Positions 27,534 through 40,260 of a DNA stretch of 64,000 nt are shown one piece after another. The notes under the pieces were generated by a model. It searched no databases. It worked only from the letters and a program-made list of their open reading frames with translations, and was not told the origin of the DNA. The position numbers and the translations under genes were made by a program. Location of the stretch: positions 42,596,001-42,660,000 of the forward strand of contig NC_058368.1 of assembly GCF_018350175.1 (NCBI RefSeq), read 5' to 3'. Source of the DNA: Felis catus. Lineage: Eukaryota. How positions within the stretch are numbered: the stretch's first letter is position 1; each line of letters opens with the position of its first letter.

Positions 27534-30500
27534 TTAATACTGGTTGACTGGGCACTTGTATGCAGTACTTATAGACCAGTAAAAGTGCTCGTTTACCTGT
27601 CTGGTGTGTAAGGGGCCCTTTGTCTTGAAGCCTCCTTGGGAACTGCACTCTGAGGCACTGAAGTGATCTGAACTAGTGGAAGAGCGTTTGGAGAGGGTGT
27701 CACAACCCCCGACAAAGGTGTTGTCCAAAGGGAGTTCCTGAATCACATGATGCTTTTTCACGGAAACCGGAGTGTCTGGTTTAAGATGAAAAGCAGGCTG
27801 TGGAGAAGCAGATTTGTAGTGCTTGGCCAGGTCAGGGCTGTTAGGCTTGAAGGTTGTTGGAGGGGCTGGGCCCCAGTCAAATCTTCCTATACTTTGCTCC
27901 TCCAGCTCAGCGGGCAGGCTTATTGTCCCATTGATAGGTTCGTGAACTGCATCGTCAGGTTTGGACTCTTCAATTGTAACAAAGTTCAAAAGAGAGCTCT
28001 TGGGAGACTTTCTTTTCTTCCTTTTCTTTTTCTTGTTTTGTTTGTTCTCCTGGTTTGGGGACATCCACTCAGCACCTTGCTTGCTCCTCTGAGCTGCTTT
28101 GAACCTCGATGCATGGCGACATCGCACCAGGACGGTGACGAAGATCACCACTATGACCACCATGGCCCCTGCGACGATGGCAATCATGATGGTGAGATAG
28201 TCCTCATTTTGATAGGGTTGGCTACTGTCCCCTATGTTCCTATCCAGTGGGGTCTCCATAGTCCTGCGAATCAAGTCATAGATATAGGAGGCATTCCCAG
28301 CGGTGTCATTAACGTAAAGAAAAACAAGCACGAGTGTGTGCAAAGACTTAGGGTATCCCAGGTCACTTATATTGACCACCAAACGGTGCAAGCCCACATC
28401 AGTAGGTGCTGGCTTCTCTTCCAGAGTGATGTTACCTGTTACTGGATCGATCCGAAACAAGCCTTTGTTGTTCCCACTCACAATTGTATACTTCAGTTCG
28501 GCGTTCATCCCAGTGTCGATATCCACCGCAAAAACTTCTGCTACCACAGAGCCAGGAATGGCTGAGAGGGGTACCAACTTAAAAGAAGTGTTGGAAGGTG
28601 GAGAAATGACAACTGGGCTATTGTCATTGACATCCATGACATTGATAGTTACTTTTGCAGTGGAGGAACGAGGTGGTTGTCCTCCATCAGTGGCTTTGAC
28701 ATCAAAAGTGTAGGAACTCTGCTGCTCTCTATCAAATGAGACATTTGACTTTATGACTCCAGAATAGGGATCCAGCACAAAATTATCATTGTCATTTAGA
28801 ATGGAGAGAGTCACAGCTTTATTCTCTCCAGCATCTGCATCTGTCACTGTGATTACCCCCACAGTACTATACTTTGGCAGATTCTCAGACACAAAAAATT
28901 GAAAATGATTATGAGTAAACTTGGGGCTATTGTCATTCTCATCCAGAACAGTAACTATCACGGCCGCTTGGCTTTGGAGGGGAGGGGTTCCATTGTCCCT
29001 GGCAGTTACTGTAAAAATGAACCGCTCCTGTTCTTCTCTGTCAAAGACTCTGGAGGCTGTCAAAACTCCTGTCTTTCGGTCCAAATCAAAGAAGGAGGCA
29101 TTCGGTCCAAGCTGATAAACAATGTCCGCATTTTTCCCACTGTCTTCATCTGTGGCACTAATAGTTGTTAAGTATAACCCACGTCGGTTGTTTTCAGAAA
29201 CTGACAGCTCAATTACAGGCTGGTTGAAAATTGGTGGGTTGTCATTTTCGTCCTCAAGCTTAACCCTTACCAGGGCAGTCTGATTTAAACTGGGTTTCCC
29301 AGAATCAGAGGCAACAATTTTAAAGCTGAATTCTTTGGTGCCCTCATAGTCCAACAAAGAGGAGGTCTCTAACAAATATTGGTTATCGTATACTGCCTTC
29401 AAATGAAATGGGACCTCTCTTTCAATAAAACAGATCACTTTGCCATTCACATCTGTGTCCTTATCTGAAACTGTAATTAGGGCAATCTTTGTATTGACAG
29501 GATCTTTCTCAGATAAATACACTGTGCCATTGATGGGACTTATAATGTACCTGAGGTCTATGTTAGGAGGGTTATCATTTACATCAGTGACATTGATGGT
29601 AACCGTTGCTCGAGCAGGAGTGGAGCTGCCATCACTAGCCAGCACTGTCACTTTGTGAATGGCTGTCTCCTCTCGATCTAGGGACCTCTGAACTGTAATC
29701 AGCCCAGTAGTATTATTTAAAGCAAAGAGCCTTTTGGTTGCAGGGGCGACCTGGGCACCAAAAATGTACCGGATTTCAGCATTACTGCCTATATCTGCAT
29801 CAGTGGCATGGAGCTGAATTACAGAGGTGCCCACAGGAGCATTCTCTGGAATATGCACCTCCACTTGACCCTCTTTAAACACTGGCCTGTTGTCATTTAC
29901 ATCACTTACTGTGACCTGCAGTATGGCCGTGCTGGATTTCTGTGGAGTGCCTCCATCCTCTACTTTGATTTTCATCACATAGGTATCTTTCTGTTCTCTG
30001 TCCAAGTTTTGCTGAACAATCAATTGCGGCCACTTCTCTCCCTCCGGAGTTTCCACGATATCCAGTCCAAAAACACTCTGCCCATTTAACAATTCATAAT
30101 GCTGTACACCATTGAAGCCTGTGTCAGGATCTGTTGCTGATGGAATTGGAAAGCGGCTGTTGATCAAAGTGTTTTCTGGAATGGAAATATTGATGACAGG
30201 GGATGGAAACATGGGGGCATTATCATTGGTATCCTTGACAATTATTTTTATTTTGATCAGCCTGAAAAAATCATTGGGGAGGATCACTACCTCAAGTTCA
30301 AAGAAACACTCATTCTCCTCAGCATAAGAGGCTCCAGCACAGAGTTTTTCTCTGTCTATTCTATTGGAGGTTGTGAAAATTTCCCCAGTGCTACTGGATA
30401 CTTTCACCAAAGGGGCATCCCCAGCTTTAGAAACCAGTCTGTAGACAAGGCTGGCACTGGTCCCTGTGGCAGCATTGATGTGAGAAATGTTCAGATCCTT

Positions 30501-30632
30501 TGGTATGTTTCCTATGGGCACATTTTCAGGCAATTCCTCTCTAATAGTGTAAATAAGTTCTTGAGCTATTGCGGAATCCAGCCTTAAACAGGCAATCAGA
30601 GCAGCCAACAGGTAAAAATCCCTCAGGTCCAT
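27534..30632 (-). CDS. PCDH9: PCDH9 short read-through isoform, 1032 aa, with unique C-terminus [20 protein letters not shown]
   Basis: The frame stays open for 20 codons past the donor to TAA at 27536-27534. Minus-strand ATTAAA (27102-27097) and AATAAA (26712-26707, 26312-26307) lie downstream. Confidence 0.75.
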   Translation of the reverse strand: MDLRDFYLLAALIACLRLDSAIAQELIYTIREELPENVPIGNIPKDLNISHINAATGTSASLVYRLVSKAGDAPLVKVSSSTGEIFTTSNRIDREKLCAGASYAEENECFFELEVVILPNDFFRLIKIKIIVKDTNDNAPMFPSPVINISIPENTLINSRFPIPSATDPDTGFNGVQHYELLNGQSVFGLDIVETPEGEKWPQLIVQQNLDREQKDTYVMKIKVEDGGTPQKSSTAILQVTVSDVNDNRPVFKEGQVEVHIPENAPVGTSVIQLHATDADIGSNAEIRYIFGAQVAPATKRLFALNNTTGLITVQRSLDREETAIHKVTVLASDGSSTPARATVTINVTDVNDNPPNIDLRYIISPINGTVYLSEKDPVNTKIALITVSDKDTDVNGKVICFIEREVPFHLKAVYDNQYLLETSSLLDYEGTKEFSFKIVASDSGKPSLNQTALVRVKLEDENDNPPIFNQPVIELSVSENNRRGLYLTTISATDEDSGKNADIVYQLGPNASFFDLDRKTGVLTASRVFDREEQERFIFTVTARDNGTPPLQSQAAVIVTVLDENDNSPKFTHNHFQFFVSENLPKYSTVGVITVTDADAGENKAVTLSILNDNDNFVLDPYSGVIKSNVSFDREQQSSYTFDVKATDGGQPPRSSTAKVTINVMDVNDNSPVVISPPSNTSFKLVPLSAIPGSVVAEVFAVDIDTGMNAELKYTIVSGNNKGLFRIDPVTGNITLEEKPAPTDVGLHRLVVNISDLGYPKSLHTLVLVFLYVNDTAGNASYIYDLIRRTMETPLDRNIGDSSQPYQNEDYLTIMIAIVAGAMVVIVVIFVTVLVRCRHASRFKAAQRSKQGAEWMSPNQENKQNKKKKRKKRKSPKSSLLNFVTIEESKPDDAVHEPINGTISLPAELEEQSIGRFDWGPAPPTTFKPNSPDLAKHYKSASPQPAFHLKPDTPVSVKKHHVIQELPLDNTFVGGCDTLSKRSSTSSDHFSASECSSQGGFKTKGPLHTRQVNEHFYWSISTAYKCPVNQY
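27597..30632 (-). CDS. PCDH9: Protocadherin-9, coding part of large exon 2 (1012 codons); long isoforms splice to exons outside the window
   Basis: ORF starts [28 protein letters not shown] and has a signal peptide, 7 cadherin repeats (DRE, DxNDNxP, AxD motifs), a TM (~28125-28196) and a KKKKRKKRK basic stretch. Start context is ATC ATG G (-3A, +4G). Donor CAG|GTAAAC follows codon 1012 (exon end 27597). Confidence 0.97.
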
Positions 30633-30767
30633 GATAATGTATTTATTTTCTTTTCCTGGATTTTAGGGTTTAAAGGTTTCCACTGAGGAATGATGCACGA
30701 ATTGCAAGAGGAAGCGTGCATGGACTGGAGGATGCATTACATCTCATCGCTTATTTGGAGACAGCCA
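30633..30767 (-). other. PCDH9: 5' UTR part of PCDH9 exon 2 (135 nt)
   Basis: Candidate acceptor ...ATTGTGTTGACAG|TGGCTG (AG at 30769-30768), preceded by a T/G-rich tract. Confidence 0.75.
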
Positions 30768-31977
30768 CTGTCAACACAATCGTATAGACAATATTATTCT
30801 TCAGTAAACAAAAACACACAGTCATGAAATATCACAACACATTTTCCACTGCACATTAGTAAACATGGCAGTTTGCTCTGCCACTGTTTGCAAGTTAACT
30901 CTGTGGATGAAAACACTAAATATCCACTGCTTGTTGCATTTGCCAGGAGAAAATGAAATTAATCTACTTTTGAATTAAGGACAGCTGCTATTTTTACCTG
31001 AATTCACCCACACTGTTTTTCAGGACACTGTTTAATTCAAAACATGCATTCTTGTTCTCCTCTTCCCCTCCCCCTGTCTTACCCGCCTCCTGGCTTCTAA
31101 CCCACCTCCCTTAGTTTTTTTAGGTGCAAGTGAAAAACACCAAGTATTTAGCTATGGTTCCTGCTAATTGCTTTGTCACATGTCAAATGTGATGTTTTCT
31201 TCTCTGCTACACTGAGTCACCTCTTTCCTCTAAAAAGACTATCTCTTCTTTCCTCCCAGTTCCTCAACTGCCTTCTAATACAATCTTACTGGGAAACAAG
31301 CACCCGGACATGCTGCTGCAGCATCAGAAGCAATAGTCACCGGCCACTACATAGCCTCATTGCTTAAAAGCACGATACCAACACTTCAAATTTCCTACCC
31401 AGACCTTGCTCTCATTTCTCCATATTGCCAAATTATCCCCATTTGGATTAAGAAACACACTAAAACTTTTAAAAATGTATATAATACAAGATTCCTCATC
31501 CTAGATGTGGAAGAGAGTGTGGAGATGGAAGTAAAACGCAGCTAACATTTCCATGTAACAGCACAATATTTTCTACTGAACATAAAAGAGGAAAAAATGC
31601 AGTTTCTTAACCCTGATCCCTGGTTATAATATGAGTAACATCTGCCACACATAAATACTGCAACCCAGTAACGCAGGTAAAAAGGCTTCTGTTTAGATGC
31701 TCCCCTAACTGCAATTTAAATGGGTTCAAGGCTCCAGGCAGCTACCTACTTGAGTAGAACTGGTCAGTTCCCAGGCTCTAATCTTATCTGCATTAGGCTG
31801 TACGGTAGCTGATGCCCGCGATTAGTTCCAGCAGAGTGATGCAGGTAGGGATGCAGATACAGCCTAGTAGGTGAGCTCTGCCCCAACCGTCTACCCAATT
31901 ACAAACATCCCTCGTCCACACTGAGGACATATCTAAACACAAAATTTACAATTGTGCATGCGAAACTTTACACTTAC

Positions 31978-32539
31978 GTTAGTTGCCTCAACCTTTCCCC
32001 TTTCCCGGTATGCTGCAGTTAGGAATGATTTGTTCCAACACATAGAAAGCCATGCATCTGGTAGCACCAGTTTGGGGAGAAATCAGAAGCAGCAAAACGT
32101 TTCCTCCTTGTGAATTGTGTTGCTTCGGGCTGGCAAATTAGCAACTCCAGAGAACAAATTCACAGATTTGTCGTTAGTCATTCTCTTCACATTTTCGTCT
32201 CTATTACCACGGGGTCTGGGCTCTTCTGGTATTTAACACACACACAACATCCAGTTGCACTTCTTCAGCTCAGGGGTATTTTCCACAGCATCAGGCATAC
32301 CATTTCCCTCCGATGTCAATACTGCTTAAGTCTAACTTCTGGTAGGAAACGTCAGAGTTGGGGTGATGGTGATTCTCTGGCTGCTCTCCGGGATGACAGT
32401 TGCCCGAAAAATTCCTAATCGGTTATCTCTTTCGTGCTTCAGAGACTCTAAGGCGCTCCTTCCTGTCTTGCATGCTCTCCCTCTCTCCCTTCTCCTCTGC
32501 CCCTCTCTCCTTCTCCCTCTCCTCTCTCCTCTCTGAACT
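31978..32539 (-). other. PCDH9: Non-coding exon 1 of PCDH9 (5' boundary approximate)
   Basis: Consensus donor AAC|GTAAGT (intron starts 31977). Initiator-like TCAGTT at 32541-32536 lies just downstream of the GC and CCAAT boxes. Confidence 0.7.
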
Positions 32540-32592
32540 GAATTTCTTGATATAACTCTCAATAAGCCCAGAGGGAGGGCGTGACTGCCAGA

Positions 32593-32602
32593 GCCCCGCC
32601 TC
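32593..32602 (-). promoter_or_regulatory. GC box (Sp/KLF)
   Basis: GAGGCGGGGC on the minus strand, between the CCAAT box and the inferred TSS. Confidence 0.65.
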
Positions 32603-32608
32603 CGGCCC

Positions 32609-32618
32609 CTGATTGGCC
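32609..32618 (-). promoter_or_regulatory. CCAAT box (NF-Y consensus)
   Basis: GGCCAATCAG on the minus strand, about 75 nt upstream of the inferred TSS. Confidence 0.7.
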
Positions 32619-35600
32619 CGCATCTTGCGGTGCGGGCGGCTGCAGCCAGGCACGAGGGAGGGGGCGAGGAACAAGGCGCTGACTGTCTCCCAGCCTCCCC
32701 TCCTCAGCGCCCCCTCGGCAGCCGCGAAAACCCGGAGAACTGATCCTGGCCCCGGGAGAGCCGGGCTCCAGGAGGCGCACTGAGCATGCCCAGCAGGGTT
32801 CGGCCCGGAGGGAAGTGCCGCTGCTCCCCAGGCCGGCGCGGAGGCAGCTCTCGCAGCGTGAGCCGCCCTTTGGTTTGCTCTGTGCGGCGAGGGGCAGAGA
32901 ACCGCGGTGCACCGGTGGTGGGACGAGCCGGGGCGGCGCGGGAGGCAGGCGGGCAGTGCAGGCAAGGATCCGGGGAGCCTCCCACACCGCGTTGGGCGGA
33001 TGGTGGGGGGTGGGGGGTGCAGAGACGGCTCATCTCCGAGAGCACATTTCGCACTTGTCTTTACTAAATGGAGGGGCCAGAATGCGAAGGGAGGGAATAG
33101 TCAAACCAGGGTATGAGACACGATATGCGCTGTCACCCCTCAGGAGGAAGCACGGGCCAACGGATCTCCGGAGAGCGTTAAACAGACAACATGCCCGGTG
33201 CTGCAACTAGAGGCTTTTGCTGGCAGGAACATTGGCAAGAAGGGCAGAGAGGGCGGATAGCGAAAGGTCGGGACAGGATATTTGAATCTCAACCAGGACC
33301 GGAAAGAAAATTAATTTGCGCACTTTCTAGAAGCAGGGTGATGGAAGATGCCCGGGGAAAGGGAAAGTGGCAGCTTCTGGGACGCCCTTGATCAGCCCCA
33401 GGCCTGTCTGGCGTGCGGTGCAAAGTCTCGTCTCGGAGAACAGCGTGGGCCACGGCGACCTATCTTAGCTGCCCTTGCACTTCGACTCCCGCGGTGTCCA
33501 GAAACCAAGGAACCCGAGCTCGTCAGGTCGCGCGGCTGCAGCAAAACCTGCATCCAGCTCACCTAACTGCAAACTTTGCTTGTGAGAGGCTGGAAGGAGT
33601 CCCGTCCAGCTGTTCCCCAAGCTGTAGAGCATTTCCTTTCCTTTTGCACTTCTGATTGCAACTTTACATGTAGTACTTGTCTCTCCCTGTGCATTTCTGA
33701 CTCCAGTTCTGTAACAAATCCTCACAGGTTTCTCCTTTTCATACAAGAGCTAAACGGAATGACTCCGGAAAGGATCAGCCTTATTCCCTAAATATTAGCC
33801 CCCGAAGCACTGTTTTCGATTGATCTTTTAAAACTAGCAAACCACGAAGATTTCTGTGGGACTCTACCCACAACGCCAGATACTTAAGTTTGAGGCATTA
33901 ATAACAGTTCACTTGGAGCAACACACACAAAAAATGTTTTTGAATGACCTGTAAAAGTTGTCTGAGAAAGTCTTAATGCGTGATTGAATAACTTGTTCTA
34001 ACTTAGAGGATAAAGAGTATTTGTCTTAAACCTCCGTGTTCCTCATTCTGTACTGGGCTGCAGAAGCACTAAAGACTCTACAGTTAAGCACTATGATGGC
34101 ATGTTCCTTTTGTTTCAGTACAATGTTTTGGTTGTTGTTGTTTTTTTCCAATAAGAACAACTTATTTTTAGATACTTAAAAGTAAAAAAGGAAATCTTAA
34201 GCCTACCAATCTTAGATATTGTATAAATAATTCCATTATTTAACCAACTCATTTGGCATTACAATTTCCCCTCATCTGTGAAAATATAAGCTCCTTTTTA
34301 TTCAAACTTTTCCTCTGGCGAATATTCACAATAAAAGTGCAGTACCTAAAAGCCCACTGTAAAATACATTGATCCCTTATACATAAAATAGAAAAACAGT
34401 TTCTTGCAAGCAATAGGTGGATATTGTTTTTAAATAGCCTAATGACTCTTACAATAGTATTTTGTAGGATTAGAATATACGGAATGAAAAGGTCTGCTTA
34501 AGTATACAAAAGTAAAAAAAAAAATTACCTGATACAATGTGAATTACAGGAATTCTTTTATTTTACTACTGATGATTATTTTGCCATTCACAAAATCTAC
34601 AGTTAAAGCTAGTGCATTGTTCCAACTGTCACCTATTTTATGCTCTGAACTAGTTTAAAATAAATGAACCATCATCCTGATACATTTACAATAAACACAG
34701 CAGCACAGGCACTTTCCAGTTCATTTCATAAGCATCGTGCTATCTCACCTTCTTATTCTAATCATACTGTAGTCATTTCAAAGTTCTGTTGTAATCGCAA
34801 CACATAGCTTAGCAATAATTATTTAACCTTATTACCAAGCGTAATTGTTTCTGTTTGCTAAAGAATAGCTTGACTTGTAGTCAGAACCCATTATTATCTT
34901 ATACTCAATAGACGAAATCTTAGAACACAGATGAAGGTTAGGAAGAGAAAAAAAAAATTATCACATGATTAAATTTACAACCATGAGACTTCAATTAATG
35001 GAAACCACAGGTCAAAGCCCCCAAAAAGAAATACATTTAGATTCTTTGCAAAGGAAATTGAACACAGAAATAAAGCTGACTTCAGTGCATTCTATTTTGT
35101 GTTTATTTAGCATATCTAAATCACTGAGATTCTTTAACCATAATAGTTTTAGCTCTTAAAGCCAGAACAGTTGAAGCTTATTGTTACCCTATTATATTCC
35201 AACTTATAAACTATAGAATGAGAACTACGGTTAGAGATCTCATGAATATTCCTGGGAAAAAATAACTTGAGGCTTCTGACCAAAACACTATGTAAAACGT
35301 GCATAATGAGAGCTGCTCACAATTCACCTCTACTTTTTGAAAGTTGTGTCAACAGAATTATGAACTTGGGAAATAGTAATTTTAGTTTTCGTAGGGGAAT
35401 ATATTGTTTTTTTTTACTGCATTTTAATTGTTTTTCCTTAGTGAATTGAATAAAATATTAGATTTCCAATTATGACTTCCAATACAGATCTTCCAAGATG
35501 TATTCTAGACTTCCAATTAGATCTCTTTTAACCATTATTCATCTTTGTTAGTGCATGTGTTGTAGAGCCGGGAATCACGATATTCTCACCTGTGTTGTAC

Positions 35601-38600
35601 CTGATTAGTACTTTAGGAATTATGTCATCTGGGCTATATTAAAATTGCCTTAGTGTTCTCTCTGCATTATGTAAGTCATGGGACACTTACAAAGCTAAGT
35701 CACCTTCAGCCAGCTAACTGAAAACTAAAATGCTATTACAGACTTATGTTGAAAAAGATGTCAGGTTGAAATTATTATATTCTGAAATTTTAATGTTGCT
35801 CTGTTTATATATATTAAACAATAGTTTCCATGTAATGGCACTTAATAACTTAAATTATGAAGTTTAATTGGATTTTCATTTGATTTTCTAGTTATCACTC
35901 AGCATTTTAAAATTACATTTCAATTGTAAAGGCTTCTTTAAGAAACAATTTATACAAGAAACAGACTGTGGTACTTGGAATGATCAAATGAACTCAAGGA
36001 TTTCAGAACTAAAATTTTCGACTCTAATATACTAGTTCTATATTGTAATCAAAGTTAAAAATTAAAAAATATTTCCATGCCCTATATTTCTAAAGTTCCT
36101 TTAATCTAGATGTCTTATTGTGTCTGACACACATTAATCAATCAATCACAGGGGCTCTTACCTCACAGCAGGTATTATTGTCCCCATTTCACAAAAGATG
36201 CTAGACTATTGTACCCTACTTCTGGGGGAGAATTGTGTGAAGAATACTAAGGGTTATTTGTATTATCACTGTTTAGAAAATGACAATGCAGAATTCTAAC
36301 ACCACAAAAAGAAAATTAACACCTTTTAAGCCTGTGCAAACTGGTTAAGTGTAGTAAGCTTCTTGAATAATTCTTTTGCTTCACTATTAGCTTTTTCTTT
36401 GAATACTTTTTTTTTCTTTAACGAAAACCTAGTTCAAGGTAATCAAATCACAAAGGAAAGCAGGTGACAAGAAGCTTCATTCTGTTTGAATGACTGAACT
36501 AAATTTATCCCAATTTGCTATATTTTTATGACTGACAACGATTATAGATGTCAGGTTTGTAGCTCTAACAGTTATTACAATATTAACTGACATTTTCCAG
36601 TGCCTCTATGTTATCATGACTACTATATAAAGAAAATATTGAATTTTCAAGTTTCGTTATTGGTTTTTTAAGACATAAGGTCATATCAAGACATAGCTTT
36701 CATAACAAAGCCTTTCCCCTCTCATAGGTGGGGCTCAGGTAATCACTCAGGAAAACATGAAAAAGTGGTTTTAAGCTAGTAAAGAGAATACATGTTTTTT
36801 AATTTGATCACTTTAAGTCATGGAATTTCAAGTAAAATATACAAAACTTTATTTCCTGTGTATATTTCTATTTTCCAGTTTTTATGGGCAAAAACTGTTA
36901 GATTAGAATATCAGGTATGATCTATTCACAATTCATATTTATATAAATGTCCAAAGATGCAAAAATAGCATGCACGTTTGGAAGCACCTGTATTTACACT
37001 GAAAAATAGAGATAGGAAAATGTTCGAGACAAAAACCTGGTTCAAACACAACAGTATTTGCCCAAGGATAATTGGGAAAATGATTTTCTTAGATATTAGG
37101 ACTTTCTCAACTTAAAATATAGAACAAGTTTTTTATTATTTCAGTACTTTATCAGTAAGAGTATGTTGTTGAAAACAAAACTTCCTGTTTCTTGAAACAT
37201 CATTCTGGTAACTCATTCTATATCCTCCCCGCCCCCGACACACACACAACTTCCTCCTTATAAATCTTTCCTGTTTGTGTGTGTGTGTGTGTTTTAAGAC
37301 AAACTCACATGATATTCTTCTAGGAGCCCAATTTGTTACATAATGTGCACATAAATAGACTTAATATAGGGCAGGATGGATAAGCCTCATTTTTCTCTTA
37401 TAATCTCCTCTCAGGAACCAAATTCAACCCACAGTCCCCTCTAATTCAATTAGGATGAGTCAGGGAGACGATGCATATTCCATTGACTCCTGTAGCTCTG
37501 GCTTAACTCCATATCACTGATAAGACCCAAGTGATGGATATAAGGATTGCTCAGCCTTTAAAAGATACTGGTATGCTTTGACTGGGACTTAAGTCAATAC
37601 CACTCTGCTGACAAAAGTTGTGTGTATACATACAATTCTTTAATTTTTTCTTAAATGAAAAACTGATTCTGCAGTGTATACTAATACACTCCTTAAAAGG
37701 TTCTAAAATGCACATCATCTTTTCAATCCTATGCCTATGAATTTACTGTGCTCCAGCTATAAGATTGGTGAATTTTCAGAAAGGATTAAAAGAGCATCAA
37801 AGAAACTTCTTGGCTTTATAGAATGGGGTTGATCTGCTTTAAAGCAAACCAGGACACATAAGTGATTTATTTTTAAAAATAGTATGTTACGAGACACATT
37901 ACATGGAGCTCATAAGAAAGCCTAAGTATGAAAATTTTCCTGGGAAAAATATCACTTGTAAAATATAAGAAAAAGCAGTAAGTACCTCTTACAATAATTT
38001 CAAAAAGATCATAAAAATTTATGTCACAAAAATATTCATGCAATGTATTGATTTTGGAGAGTAAATAGCACCATGTTTGAGAGCAACATCAGTGTATCTA
38101 TGACCTAATTGCAAATTTTTTCGTTCATTTCTGGGAATAACAACTATACCAATAGACGTGTCTTTAACAGCTATAATGGAGTGTAATGGGATTATTTTTC
38201 AGTAATATTTGTCTCTCACCATGGAATTAGGCTGACTTTTTGGTATATTGCAACAGAGAAGATCCTAATGACCAAGTGACACTTCATGTAAATATCGCAA
38301 TTAAGAGTATAAAGTGAGGATTACATGAAATTATTAAACTCCTATGGGACAAATTTAGTGTCATTAATCTATTCATGAGTTCATTCAAAAATCTATTTAA
38401 AACTCACACTACATAAAAAAAAAATCTACTCTACTTTTAAAAACCTCCTATATGCTCAACATAGAAATATTCAAATGTCTCAAACATAATTCAGCTGAGG
38501 CCTCTTACTATTTTCTTTTTTACAGTGAGCATACTAGCCTGTGAGTCCTTTCTACTTTGCTAATACCCATGACAATATCTCTTCTTCATATTTTAGATTT

Positions 38601-38794
38601 AAAAAATTTTGCTTGTGACATTATTCTTAATAGTTTAAATGCTCAGTAGCAAGTTTTTGATAATATTCATAAATATGCCAGCAATCTAGTTGTTTTTAAT
38701 CTTCACATTAGTCCAGAAGGTCTACTGAGTTTATTATTTTAAGGTTATTATAGTAAAATTGACTTTGTGATTTAAATAAGAATTAACCTGATTC

Positions 38795-38945
38795 TGTGTT
38801 TCTCAAACCTTAATATGAATACTAACTCTCCATATATCTTGTTAAATTAAAATGCAGGTTCTGATACATTAGTTTCGTAGTGGGAGCTGAAGTTCCCAGG
38901 GGATCCTGATGTAGGTGTGGACCACACCTTAAGTAGCAAAGACCT
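38795..38945. mobile_element. MER5A1-like remnant
   Basis: gtttctcaaacctt...cttgttaaa...atgcaggttctgat...ggaccacaccttaagtagcaa. Confidence 0.6.
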
Positions 38946-39995
38946 AAGAGGAATTTTAAAAAGTATCCTGACACACAGGAAAAAAATAATAATAAAGACA
39001 AAAAAACACTGGAGAAAGGATTATACCTATCATTTTTATACCTACCATTTTACCACAGGGATTAATTCTGTTAACAAGCATTCTTCTAACGGCAGTACTG
39101 CTCAGAGGCTCAAGGAATTTACACATTACACATACTACCTCGACTTAGTTTTCCTCCTCAGAGATTGGGTATCTGCAGCTATATTTTGCTTTTACTATGG
39201 ACTGGGAGTGAGAAAGCCTATTTGGAGAACCTAGCACACTTTCGAGACAGAAAAGGAGGGCTCAGACACTTTCTGAGCAATGTGAAGGTACCAAGCCATT
39301 GATGAGTATGGAAAGTATCAACAAGGAGATGATAAAATACTTGTGTGGACACCTTGTGTGGACATCTCCACAGCTCACAAGACTTCCTTTTTTGGAAATG
39401 TTTTTCTCCATGTTCCATCCACATGGGCAGCAAAACATCCATGTTCACATGGTGTGGACTCCTCCCAGCCTGCCAGAAGTTGATGGATCCATCCCACTCT
39501 GCCAACACTTGATTACATTTAGGAAGATATTAAATTCAAGATTGACCAGCAAACCCCACACTAAAGAACCTAGGTCTGTAACAAAGATATACCAAGATCT
39601 AATTACTCTGAACTATGTACTCAGGAGTAATTAGAATCCGTTTTTCATTACATAGGCCAGAAAACCAAAGGAAGTTTGAGAGAGAGCAGAAAGGAGATGA
39701 TGCATGGAAAGAACCAGAGATGAGGACCCCTATGGTAGTGAATTACCTGGCTCCAGTTTATTGTCAGTATCCAATCATATCCCTGCCACTATGTCAGAGC
39801 TACACTTTATAGTAGCCTTTATAACAGCTATTACTTGCAACAGTGAGCCCTAATGTAAGAGCTCAGCACAGCAACTTGGTAATTTTACTTGACCCCATTC
39901 CTAACTTGCCCACTGAAGGACTAATGAACTACACTAACATGACTGGCATTTTATAATTGCAAGAGAGAATACATGAAAATAAAAATCAAACATAT

Positions 39996-40260
39996 CAGTG
40001 GTTTTTAACTCGGGGTGTGCCTGGAGACCTTTTGATTACCACAACTGGAGCATGAAGAGGGGTTTGTGGGAGAGGAAAGAGTTCATGGGAGGAGCTGCTA
40101 CTGTTTGCTACTGGTATCTAGTAGGTGGAGGCCAAGGGATGAGGCTAAATATTCTATAATGTACAGAACACCTTCCCTAACCTCTGCCCTCCCCCCCACA
40201 CACATACCCCAAAGAATTAAATGGCCCAAAGTGGCAGTGGTGTCAAAGTTGAGGAACACT
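39996..40260 (+). mobile_element. MER20 (hAT-Charlie)
   Basis: cagtggtttttaac...ctggagacc...ctactggtatctagtaggtggaggccaagggatg...gttgaggaacact. Confidence 0.8.

Larger units (their letters stand above)
32570..33560. promoter_or_regulatory. CpG island / PCDH9 promoter
   Basis: Abrupt GC- and CpG-rich block in an AT-rich window, directly upstream of exon 1. Confidence 0.9.

Noticed and set aside
27747..28565. 272-aa plus-strand ORF, and smaller ORFs antisense to exon 2
   Set aside because: Shadow ORFs of the PCDH9 coding strand, with no recognisable domain.
32705..32722. CTCF-like TGCCGAGGGGGCGCTG in the promoter (minus strand)
   Set aside because: Three mismatches at the 5' end of the core, and such matches are frequent in CpG islands.
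32423..33791. Several 60-180 aa ORFs on both strands in the CpG island
   Set aside because: Expected from stop-codon scarcity in GC-rich DNA. They are low-complexity Pro/Arg/Ala/Gly sequences.
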